From a virus (Duplodnaviria; Caudoviricetes), in the IMG/VR virus record IMGVR_UViG_3300049141_000098, positions 195,647-259,646 of that record: DNA of 64,000 bases. One strand, 5' to 3'. The notes below the pieces were generated by a model. It was not told the origin of the DNA. It saw only the letters and a list, made by a program, of their open reading frames with translations, and did no database searches. The position numbers and the translations under genes were made by a program. Of the stretch, positions 45,403-53,725 are shown piece by piece; the first letter of the stretch is position 1; each line of letters starts with the position of its first letter.

Positions 45403-45475
45403 ACCCCTCACCTTTCCCCGTGTATCCGATTGATGGCCCTGAAACCGTGTTCGGGCTCGTGCCACTTTTCACCCA

Positions 45476-45727
45476 TCAGGAGGACGCCGCTTGTGGATCG
45501 TTGAACCTGGCGTGAGCATCCGGGGCGCAGGTGCAACCGTCCACTGGAGACCAGGATGGGCACGCGCTTTCGACGCCAAGTCCGCAGCGGCAGGGGGTGT
45601 TGAGTTCCGGAGTCTTGCAGCCGCACCTGTCGGGATCGTGCCAGCCTGTCGCCCAGTCTCCACATCGAATGCAGCGCAGATACGGGTTGGCGAGAGTAAT
45701 GCTGACGTGTGTCCTCGTGAAGCTCAT
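45476..45727 (-). CDS. possible Cys-rich small protein
   Basis: Ten Cys/His; divergent from the protease gene. Confidence 0.45.
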   Translation of the reverse strand: MSFTRTHVSITLANPYLRCIRCGDWATGWHDPDRCGCKTPELNTPCRCGLGVESACPSWSPVDGCTCAPDAHARFNDPQAASS

Positions 45728-45764
45728 AGCTTCATGGTCTCTTATCGTGCGTAGACTTCCCAGC

Positions 45765-46661
45765 ATGATCTGCTCTTTCATTCCGCCGCACATCGCGAAG
45801 AAGGTCGCAGAGACCGACCGCTCTTTCGCGTCCGGCATCCAGGTAGACACAAAGCTTCGCGCGGCGCGCGAGAAGGCGGTGGAGGTTGCCGGGCCGATCA
45901 CCGTCTACACGGCATCGAACAGGACGGCCATTCCAGGGAGGCTCGTCACTGAGGATGACGAAGACGCCAACCGCGTGAAGGGGCACTCGTACCTCATATC
46001 CCAGGTGCTCGGTGTCGACGAGTTCCCTGACGGCGTCGTGCACTACGGCGAGGGCTATGCCAACGCCTTCTTCAACGGCAACTACCTGGTATTCGGCGAG
46101 GGCGATGGTGAAGTGTTCGGCAACTTCACCATGTCGCTGGACATCATGGCTCATGAGTACGGTCACGCCCTCGTGTCGCTGGGGCCAAGGCTGATCTACT
46201 CCGGGGAACCCGGTGCGATGAACGAGCACTTGGCCGACGTCATCGGAATTTCCGTGCAGCAGTGGACGTCAAAGGACCAGGCTGACTGGCGCATCGGCGA
46301 AGAGATCATGGCTGATGGCGTATCGGCCGTTCGGGACATGCTCCGCCCCGGGCAAGCCTACGACTCGCCAATCCTTGGACGAGATCCTCAGCCGGGCCAC
46401 ATGGACCAGTACGCCAAAGTCCGTCACGACAACGGCGGAGTCCACATCAACTCAGGCATCCCCAACCGGGCGTTCGCCCTGCTGTGCGAGAAGACCGGGG
46501 AACCGAGCTGGGGACGACCGCTGGCGATGTGGCGCCGCGCCATGCAGGATCTCGGCCCACGTTCGAATTTCCGGAATCTGGCTGCGGCGACGTGGCGTCA
46601 CTCAGGCGGGCTGAACCCAGCGGTTCGAGAGGCCTGGGCCGAGGTTGGCATCTCGATCTGA
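45765..46661 (+). CDS. M4-family (thermolysin/protealysin-like) zinc metalloprotease
   Basis: CSFIPPHI propeptide; YANAFFNG; AHEYGH; GAMNEHLAD; GGVHINSGIPNRAF. Confidence 0.92.
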   Translation: MICSFIPPHIAKKVAETDRSFASGIQVDTKLRAAREKAVEVAGPITVYTASNRTAIPGRLVTEDDEDANRVKGHSYLISQVLGVDEFPDGVVHYGEGYANAFFNGNYLVFGEGDGEVFGNFTMSLDIMAHEYGHALVSLGPRLIYSGEPGAMNEHLADVIGISVQQWTSKDQADWRIGEEIMADGVSAVRDMLRPGQAYDSPILGRDPQPGHMDQYAKVRHDNGGVHINSGIPNRAFALLCEKTGEPSWGRPLAMWRRAMQDLGPRSNFRNLAAATWRHSGGLNPAVREAWAEVGISI

Positions 46662-46789
46662 GGAAGTTGTTCGGGCCAACGGAAGGGAATCGAACAGAAC
46701 AACTTCCGTGCAGCATCCCTGCATTGCAACGCACCCCATTCGCGTTGGGGCGTATGCCCAATGTCGAGACGAAAGACGGTAGAGACTCC

Positions 46790-46942
46790 ATGACCAACAC
46801 CCAAGAGGTTACGGTTCACGTCGACCTGGACAACGAGCTTGCAACCGCATGGCTCGATCGCCTCCTGGAGTGCACGCGGCATCCGATGTACCAGAACGGG
46901 ATTCGCCTCATACGGAAGACGAACCTCACCGAGGAGCGATAG
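46790..46942 (+). CDS. 50-aa hypothetical protein
   Basis: TAGTG overlap with the next gene. Confidence 0.55.
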   Translation: MTNTQEVTVHVDLDNELATAWLDRLLECTRHPMYQNGIRLIRKTNLTEER

Positions 46943-47517
46943 TGGCACACGACTCGCTCGCCCAGGTGATGGTCGATTACGCCTCACAGGGCATGACCTT
47001 GGCTCAGATCGCAGCCAAGGTGGGCATGGACGTCGAGGCCGTACACGAGCGCATGACCTCGTACCTGGAAAACCAGGCGACCTCGATGTCCGTCGTGCAG
47101 ATGCGCATGCTCCAGCTCAACAGGCTGGAGCGCGTCATCCAAGCACTGTGGGATCAGGTGATGGCCGGTGACCTGATGACTCAAGGCCGGAACGTCAAGA
47201 ACATGATCGAGACGGTCCGCGAGATCACTGAGCTGATGGATCTGAAGAAGGACCGCCTGCGCGATGAGCAGGTGCGGCTGACCCAGGCCCAGACTCAGCT
47301 CGTCACCACGGCGATCGACGTGATCCGTATAGGGATGCTGGAGAAGATCGTAGAGATCCTCCCCGAAGAGTTCCGGGAAGCCGTCGAGGTCATGTGGAAC
47401 TCGGCTTTCCCTGCGATGGCCGCTGACGCCATCGCCCGCAACAAGGCAGCCGTCGTCAAGATGGGGACTGGCGCGGGGCCAATAGAACTGGCGCCGATTA
47501 TGGAGGAGACGGACTAG
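46942..47517 (+). CDS. probable terminase small subunit
   Basis: N-terminal HTH, RMLQLNRLERVIQALW segment, coiled coil, located upstream of TerL. Confidence 0.65.
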   Translation: MAHDSLAQVMVDYASQGMTLAQIAAKVGMDVEAVHERMTSYLENQATSMSVVQMRMLQLNRLERVIQALWDQVMAGDLMTQGRNVKNMIETVREITELMDLKKDRLRDEQVRLTQAQTQLVTTAIDVIRIGMLEKIVEILPEEFREAVEVMWNSAFPAMAADAIARNKAAVVKMGTGAGPIELAPIMEETD

Positions 47518-47734
47518 TCGCCGAAGCCATTGGCAGCAACGGCCGATGGCAGAAGACGCAAAGCCACCTCATCCGAGCCCGTCGCTCCACTTCGCGAATC
47601 CACTCGTCGCTGATGCCTGCACGGGAGAGCCAGTGAGGGCACGCGCATAGCTCCGTCCGTTCTTGCTGTGTGGACGGCACTGATTTCACGGTCGCAGCTC
47701 CTCTGATTTACGTCTTGTCCGGTACTCTCTTTGC

Positions 47735-48292
47735 GTGACGACGATCGGCGACATCATCTCTGACGAGCTGCCCGCTTTCATGCAGCGCTCCGGCAAGAAG
47801 AAGCTGCGCGTCCTGGAAGTTGGAGTACTGCGAAATCTAGACAAGGAGCACCTCGAAGGTGACGGGCATTCAACGCTGGCTTTCGCCCGCCTGCTGAAGC
47901 AGCACCCTGGCAGCGAGTACGTCGGCATCGACCTGGATCCCAGCCAGGCGCGCTCTGCCGTCGACTCGGAGGGCCTGGGCGGCATCTGCACCTTCTGCAC
48001 TGGCGATTCCGTCAGGGTAATGCGAGAGATGGCTGTCGACGGCGAGAGATTCGACATCGTCTACCTGGACGCTGACAACGATGGTGCGACCACAATGCGG
48101 GAGTACCTGCTCGCCGAGGATCTCGTCACGTCTCCCGGGTTGATCATGGGCGACGACATGAACACCGACCATACTGAAGTGCGCAAGGGCCGCGTGCTCA
48201 TCCCGTATCTGCGCGAGTCGGGTGCGAAGTTCAAGCTGCTCCAGCGACACACCCCCTGGGATACCCGAGACATTCTCATCCAAGAGGTCTGA
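47735..48292 (+). CDS. class I SAM-dependent methyltransferase
   Basis: LRVLEVG, YVGIDLDP, GDS, FDIVYLDAD, GGLI-like PGLIMGDD. Confidence 0.8.
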   Translation: MTTIGDIISDELPAFMQRSGKKKLRVLEVGVLRNLDKEHLEGDGHSTLAFARLLKQHPGSEYVGIDLDPSQARSAVDSEGLGGICTFCTGDSVRVMREMAVDGERFDIVYLDADNDGATTMREYLLAEDLVTSPGLIMGDDMNTDHTEVRKGRVLIPYLRESGAKFKLLQRHTPWDTRDILIQEV

Positions 48293-48404
48293 GTGCGGTC
48301 CTGGACGATGATCCGTTGGCGCTGCGTCTGCGGTCAGCGGCACGCCCCATGGTGGCGCACGACGCAGGCGCCTTCCTGTACGGCCAAGAGGAAGTGAGAT
48401 CTTA

Positions 48405-48710
48405 ATGAAGCCGACCGTCGGCCGCATTGTGCACTACGTCTCCCACGGCACCCCCATCCGCGAGGACGGCACCCAGGCTTACACCAAGGAGTGCCGAGCC
48501 GCGATCGTCACCATTGTCCATGGCCCAGCGCTGGATCCAGCGACGCTAGAGGACTCGGAGATGTGGGACGTGGGACTGTGCGTTTTCAATCCGACCGGCC
48601 AGTTCTTCCAGGAGCATTGTGTGCAGATGGAGAGCGCTCGCGACGGCGGGACGTGGCACTGGCCGGAACGAGAAACGGAGCAGGCCCCGTCCGAGACGAA
48701 CGGGGCCTGA
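48405..48710 (+). CDS. phage hypothetical protein
   Basis: MKPTVGRIVHYV...CRAAIVT...GTWHWPER. Confidence 0.75.
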   Translation: MKPTVGRIVHYVSHGTPIREDGTQAYTKECRAAIVTIVHGPALDPATLEDSEMWDVGLCVFNPTGQFFQEHCVQMESARDGGTWHWPERETEQAPSETNGA

Positions 48711-48737
48711 CACTCGGTGCCGCTGTCGTGCATGCCG

Positions 48738-49145
48738 TCAGTTGAACATCCTGGGGGCCGAGGTGAACTTGACCGGTATCCAGCCCTGGTACAGGGAGCC
48801 CCAGCCGCCCTTCCCCGTGCTGATCTGCTTGACCTCGATCAGCATGCCGTCCCCGTTCTTGCCGGGCTTCTTGCCGCCCAGCCACTCGAACTGGTCCTGG
48901 TTGCTCATGCCGGAGGAAGTGCGGTTGCCGTCGTTGTCGCGGAAGTCCACATCCACCGTCACGAACGACGTGGAGCCGGTTCCCTGCCGGATCGTTTCGT
49001 CGTCGTAGTTCTTGACCGTGGCGCAACCCATGACGGTCATCTCCTGACCGGTGGGGCAGTCGCTGGCAGCCACGCCACCGAACGTGACGCCTCCCGCGAG
49101 GAGGGCACCAGCAGCGACCTTGGCAGCAGCAGTCTCAAAAAGCAT
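48738..49145 (-). CDS. secreted protein, possibly SH3-like
   Basis: Ala/Gly-rich signal peptide; C-terminal GWIP. Confidence 0.7.
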   Translation of the reverse strand: MLFETAAAKVAAGALLAGGVTFGGVAASDCPTGQEMTVMGCATVKNYDDETIRQGTGSTSFVTVDVDFRDNDGNRTSSGMSNQDQFEWLGGKKPGKNGDGMLIEVKQISTGKGGWGSLYQGWIPVKFTSAPRMFN

Positions 49146-49200
49146 CTTGTGGGTTCTCCTTTCCGATGGGGCGCGAAAGCCCTCTTTAAGAGAACCACAT

Positions 49201-49210
49201 GACCTAGGCC
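49201..49210. promoter_or_regulatory. GRCCTAGGYC palindrome (candidate operator)
   Basis: GACCTAGGCC between divergent genes. Confidence 0.65.
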
Positions 49211-49239
49211 ATTTTCAACCCTCGGTGAAGGAGGAAGAC

Positions 49240-49476
49240 ATGGACATCACGCCCGTCTCGACCGTGACCATAGAACGCGCTTGCCTGCGACTCGAAGAAC
49301 TCGCCAGGCAGACCAACCCAGACGCCCCGGGAGATGCAGTGGCGCCGTGCGGGCAATGTGAACCCTGTCACCGAGCAGCCAAGTTGCACCTGGCTTCCTA
49401 CGCACTAAAAGAGGAGGACCCCAGGGGGGCCCTCCTTGATCTGCTTGGCACGCTTGGCCTGTCGTCAGGCGTGTGA
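49240..49476 (+). CDS. hypothetical protein
   Basis: AAGGAGG RBS. Confidence 0.65.
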   Translation: MDITPVSTVTIERACLRLEELARQTNPDAPGDAVAPCGQCEPCHRAAKLHLASYALKEEDPRGALLDLLGTLGLSSGV

Positions 49477-49848
49477 TTCCTCCATCACGAGGTGGCTCAG
49501 AATCCCCTCGACCTCCAGGCGCTCCATCCCACTGAGGGCAGGTGAGCCCAGCAGGATCCGCTCGCAGGTCTCAACGCTCGTCCAACGCGTGCGCGCGAGA
49601 GCAGAAAGGCCATCAACGGCCGTCAGAACCTCTTCGAGGGTGGCGTCGCTGCGACGCAGCACGCCCATGACGCGACGCGTGTACGCCTGCGCGTACCCCT
49701 GGCGGATTGCGCCGCCCTCTTCAGCCCCCCGTGGGCAGGCGTCGGCATGGGTGAGGCTCCAGCCAGAGCCCTCCCTGCGCAGGGTCCCTTCACCGGCTGG
49801 AACAGTTCCCTGGCAGATGCTGCACGGTTTCGGGTACATGTTCCTCAT
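49465..49848 (-). CDS. hypothetical protein
   Basis: Track ORF; CxxC...H..C. Confidence 0.6.
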   Translation of the reverse strand: MRNMYPKPCSICQGTVPAGEGTLRREGSGWSLTHADACPRGAEEGGAIRQGYAQAYTRRVMGVLRRSDATLEEVLTAVDGLSALARTRWTSVETCERILLGSPALSGMERLEVEGILSHLVMEESHA

Positions 49849-50293
49849 GTTTTAAAGAGTGGCACAGAGTGCTCGGAAAGGAAAGTTGGAATGTAGACCG
49901 GAAGTTCGAGAACCCTAGCACTTCTGTCTACGGGGGGGCGGTACCGACCACAAGTCCCCCATTAAATGACTGCAACCCACTCCCGTCTTCTTACCCTAAG
50001 CAGCCAAGAGATCACTCCAGAACCTGCCGCAAATGGCTCGATCCGGGTACATCCCGTGACTCATCTGGCGTACTTGACACCGAAGTTCGCACCTTGGCCC
50101 CCACGTGGGCGGGACGGGCCATGCGTGAGGAAAGGCCCGGCGGCATATGCACGCGCGGGCCTTCTCTGACGATTCCTCAGCCCCTGGAAGTGGAGACCGG
50201 TCAGCCCTGTGCCGACCGGATGGGGCATGACTAGGTTACCGAAAAGCCTGCCCCATAAGGAATGCTGTACTCGTCGTACGAGAAAGGGGCGGC

Positions 50294-52663
50294 ATGCTTT
50301 CACAGGAAGAGCGCATAGCTACTGACGCTGAGGCGTACTTCAGAAACCAGGCACGTCAGGCCGGTTGGGTAAACGATCCTGCGGGCTGGGCCAGGGACGT
50401 TCTGGGGGTCCACCTGTGGAGTAAGCAGCGCGAGATCTGCGACTCGCTCATCCACAACAAGAGGACCGTCGTCGCTTCATGTCACGGCACCGGGAAGGCC
50501 CTGGGGCTGGACGAGTTGGTGCACACACCCGACGGGCCGATGGCTATGGGTGACGTGCGCGAAGGCACGACGGTGTTGGGCGCCGACGGCAAGCCGGTGT
50601 CGGTGGTCGCCACGACGGGCGAGCACAAGGCGGAGTCTTACAAGGTTCGCCTTGAACGAGGCGGCGCAACCGAGGAAATCGTCGCTTCCGGCGACCATCT
50701 CTGGCCCGTCCTTCCGCTTCAGATCCTGGCTGACATCCAGATCAAATCCGACCGTGCGGGGGTCCCGGTGGAGACGGGTTTGTGGCATCACCGGGCACAG
50801 GTCATGTCCACGAAAGAGCTGGCCCGACTCCAGGGAATCGCGGTAGTTCCGGGGAAAGTTCCAGAGATCTTCCCCCGTGGAACGGAGTGGGACACCCGCG
50901 AAGTGCTGTCGGACTCATTGAGGGAGAGGGCGGTCCTGGACCCCCTCGGTCGAACTTCCCTGCTCTGGAAGACGCGCAAGGATGAACCAGAGGAGATCTC
51001 AGCAATCCGGGATCGCATGCGGGCGGCCGGGGTGCACACGATCTACCGGCGCGAGCGGCAGTACGGCACCACGATGCGGCATCTGGCCCTGATGGGGACC
51101 CACGCCCCGAACCTGCTTCCAGACCCGAACGTTCGCGCAGTCGCTCTTTCGCACCTGCTGAGCAAGCAGGGAAGTTGGGGCGATGACGGGTGGAGGGTCG
51201 TTTCCGTAAAGCCTGTCGGTGAGCGGGATGTGCAGTGCATCCAGGTCGACTCACCAGACCACCTGTATCTGTGCGGCGAAAGCGGGGTTCCCACCCACAA
51301 CTCGATGATCGCCTCCGTGCTGGCCTGTTGGTGGGTGTCCACCAAACCGCCCGGCCAGGCCATCGTGGTATCGACTGCCCCAACGTACGCCCAGGTCAAC
51401 AAGATCCTCTGGGAGGAGATTCGCAAGCACCACTCCAACTCGCAGCGGGGGGAGTACCCCATGCCGGGCCGAGTGACGCAGGCAGACGAATGGAAGCTGG
51501 CCGACGGCCAGATCGTCGGATTCGGCCGTAAGCCAGCCAAGGGCGACCGGCACTCCTTCCACGGCATCCACCGGCGCTTCGTGCTGGTCCTGTTGGATGA
51601 AGCGTGCGGCGTGCCGGAGGAGATCTGGACCGGCGTTGAGGCCATCACCACGAACGTCGGTTGCCGCATCCTGGCCATTGGGAACCCCGACGACCGCAAT
51701 ACGGAGTTCGGCAAGAACTTCCTGGAGCCCAAGACGGCCCACCTCTGGAACCGCGTCTCGATCCCGGCAGCGACCACACCGAACTTCACCGGCGAGCCGG
51801 TGCCGAGGCTGCTGAACGAAGTGCTCATCTCCCGAGAGTGGGCAGAGGAGCGTCTGGCCGACTGGGGAGAGAAGGATCCTCGCTACATATCGAAGATCGA
51901 AGCCAAGTTCCCCGAGCAGAGCCAGTCGTCGCTGTTCTCACCGTCGCTCATTGCCGACGCGATTGATGAACCCCCTGCGCCGTCGAAGTACTCGATCCTG
52001 CGCCTGGGTGTGGACGTTGCCCGCTTCGGCTCCGACAAGACAGTGGTCGCCTCCTGCTCGGGCGTGACCGCACAGATCGAGGAGTCGTGGTCCGGCGTCG
52101 ACACCGTGTCGTCGGCATACAAGGTGCTGGACATCGCCGAGCGCCTGAAGGAAGAACGCAAGGCACCCTGGGTGGAGATCCGAGTTGACGGCGTCGGCCT
52201 GGGGGCTGGCGTCATCGACACCCTCAACGCCCGTGCCGCACTGCTGCCCGACCCCTGGTTCACCGTGTACGAGATGCACGGGTCGGCTTCCCCTCCGGCA
52301 AATGTGGGCGGCTCGGTCTACGGCTTCTACAACGCAAGGGCTTACTGGTTCGACCAGCTCCGTCAGAAGATGCGCAACAGCTCGGTGAAGCTGATCGACC
52401 CTGACGAGCTGATCGCTGACGACCTGAAGATGGTCTTCTACTCGATCAAGAACGGCCGCCTGCTCATCGCCTCGAAGGAAGCGATGAGATCCGAGTATGG
52501 CCGCTCCCCTGACCTTGCCGACGCCGTCGCCTACGCCACGGCACCCGTTGCTGATGGTCTTCAGCAAGGCGACATCGTCGCCGAGACGGCGGTAGAGGTT
52601 GCCGGTATGTACGGCGAGGAAGAGTGGCTGACAGATCCCGAGACTGTGATCGCCCCGTACTGA
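50294..52663 (+). CDS. terL: terminase large subunit with intein
   Basis: Walker A SCHGTGK/S split by the intein; Walker B LVLLDEA; GNP motif; nuclease LGVDVARFGSD, PDLADA. Confidence 0.95.
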   Translation: MLSQEERIATDAEAYFRNQARQAGWVNDPAGWARDVLGVHLWSKQREICDSLIHNKRTVVASCHGTGKALGLDELVHTPDGPMAMGDVREGTTVLGADGKPVSVVATTGEHKAESYKVRLERGGATEEIVASGDHLWPVLPLQILADIQIKSDRAGVPVETGLWHHRAQVMSTKELARLQGIAVVPGKVPEIFPRGTEWDTREVLSDSLRERAVLDPLGRTSLLWKTRKDEPEEISAIRDRMRAAGVHTIYRRERQYGTTMRHLALMGTHAPNLLPDPNVRAVALSHLLSKQGSWGDDGWRVVSVKPVGERDVQCIQVDSPDHLYLCGESGVPTHNSMIASVLACWWVSTKPPGQAIVVSTAPTYAQVNKILWEEIRKHHSNSQRGEYPMPGRVTQADEWKLADGQIVGFGRKPAKGDRHSFHGIHRRFVLVLLDEACGVPEEIWTGVEAITTNVGCRILAIGNPDDRNTEFGKNFLEPKTAHLWNRVSIPAATTPNFTGEPVPRLLNEVLISREWAEERLADWGEKDPRYISKIEAKFPEQSQSSLFSPSLIADAIDEPPAPSKYSILRLGVDVARFGSDKTVVASCSGVTAQIEESWSGVDTVSSAYKVLDIAERLKEERKAPWVEIRVDGVGLGAGVIDTLNARAALLPDPWFTVYEMHGSASPPANVGGSVYGFYNARAYWFDQLRQKMRNSSVKLIDPDELIADDLKMVFYSIKNGRLLIASKEAMRSEYGRSPDLADAVAYATAPVADGLQQGDIVAETAVEVAGMYGEEEWLTDPETVIAPY
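50498..51301 (+). mobile_element. class 3 intein (268 aa) in the TerL P-loop
   Basis: Starts with Ala (ALGLDELVHTPDG); DHLW, VQCIQV, PTHN/S give the Trp-Cys-Thr signature. Confidence 0.9.
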
Positions 52664-52688
52664 GCACTGCCAACCGCCCGTCCTGGGA

Positions 52689-52997
52689 GTGAACGTGACC
52701 CTCATCCACGAGTACGAGCGCAGCCCCCACAGCAACGCCGGAAACTGCCGGTGCGGACTGCATTACGAGTCCCATCGCCACCCTCATCCGTTCACGCAGG
52801 CGTACCGCAGCAACGCTTGCGTGTGTGCCCAACCTGCGAACGCCCCCATTCACACCGACGCCAGCACGGCTCGGCCCGACCCGGTCTACCCCGAACCCCG
52901 AACCGATGGGCGGCGCGGGATTGAAGCCGCACGTGAAGCGGTTCGATGGGCGCGCGGAGATGCAGAGCCCCCCACCACGCCGATCAGTTGGAGCTGA
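52689..52997 (+). CDS. small Cys/His-rich protein
   Basis: GGGAG RBS. Confidence 0.55.
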   Translation: MNVTLIHEYERSPHSNAGNCRCGLHYESHRHPHPFTQAYRSNACVCAQPANAPIHTDASTARPDPVYPEPRTDGRRGIEAAREAVRWARGDAEPPTTPISWS

Positions 52998-52999
52998 CC

Positions 53000-53449
53000 A
53001 TGTCCGAGACTCAAACCTGTCCTCGCCGCATGAACGAGATGGGGCCCTGGGGTCACGAGGAGAACCTGGACACCTGGCGTGAGAATAACCGGGATGCAGA
53101 GGAGGCCCCCGTGCGCGATCCCGGTCCGTTCTGCTCGTTCTGCGGGTCCCTGCATCCGGAGACGTTCCTGAGCCTGATAGCCGAGGGCTGGATGGTCGAG
53201 CCAACCGACAAGACGTACAAGGCCTACCTGAATGAGGTGCTGAACCTGCCGGAGCGGACTGCCACCCCTGGGGAACCGCTGCCACCCATTGCGTGCGGGC
53301 GAGCCAAGTTCTACTACCAGCACTTCTCCGATGAGCAGATGCAGCGGTTCGTCGATCTCTACAACGACAACACGATGCGGCTTGGGCATCCGGGCTACTT
53401 CTATCGCATGCCGTTCTTCATGGCCGTTGGCGAGGTGGGCGAAGAGTAG
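53000..53449 (+). CDS. hypothetical protein
   Basis: GGAG RBS; CSFCGSLHP. Confidence 0.7.
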   Translation: MSETQTCPRRMNEMGPWGHEENLDTWRENNRDAEEAPVRDPGPFCSFCGSLHPETFLSLIAEGWMVEPTDKTYKAYLNEVLNLPERTATPGEPLPPIACGRAKFYYQHFSDEQMQRFVDLYNDNTMRLGHPGYFYRMPFFMAVGEVGEE

Positions 53450-53464
53450 GCGGGGGGTGACGCA

Positions 53465-53716
53465 ATGTACGACAGGTCGGAAGCTGCCGTACGCCGGATA
53501 GTTGCCAGGGCAAGGGAAAATGGCGAAGTTGGAAAACTATACGTGAACCTGGCAATGGTGTTGATGAAATCGACTCCGCCTTCTCCTCTTCGCGATAGGG
53601 CACTGAAGCGTCTCGCAGACTCATGCGACGACGCGATGCCAATGCTCGAAAAGGTGGAACAAACTCCTGGACTATCGGTCCCCAACCCTTCCTCACGGAG
53701 GCAAACGGGCCGTTAA
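53465..53716 (+). CDS. hypothetical protein
   Basis: Track ORF. Confidence 0.55.
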   Translation: MYDRSEAAVRRIVARARENGEVGKLYVNLAMVLMKSTPPSPLRDRALKRLADSCDDAMPMLEKVEQTPGLSVPNPSSRRQTGR

Positions 53717-53725
53717 GGTGATCAC

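Noticed and set aside
46790-46942. ORF after the M4 protease as an emfourin inhibitor
   Set aside because: At 50 aa it is about half the expected size and shows no motif I recognise.
8930-49210. GRCCTAGGYC as host DasR dre sites
   Set aside because: The dre core is GGTCTAGACC with conserved flanks; these sites have CCTAGG cores and variable flanks.
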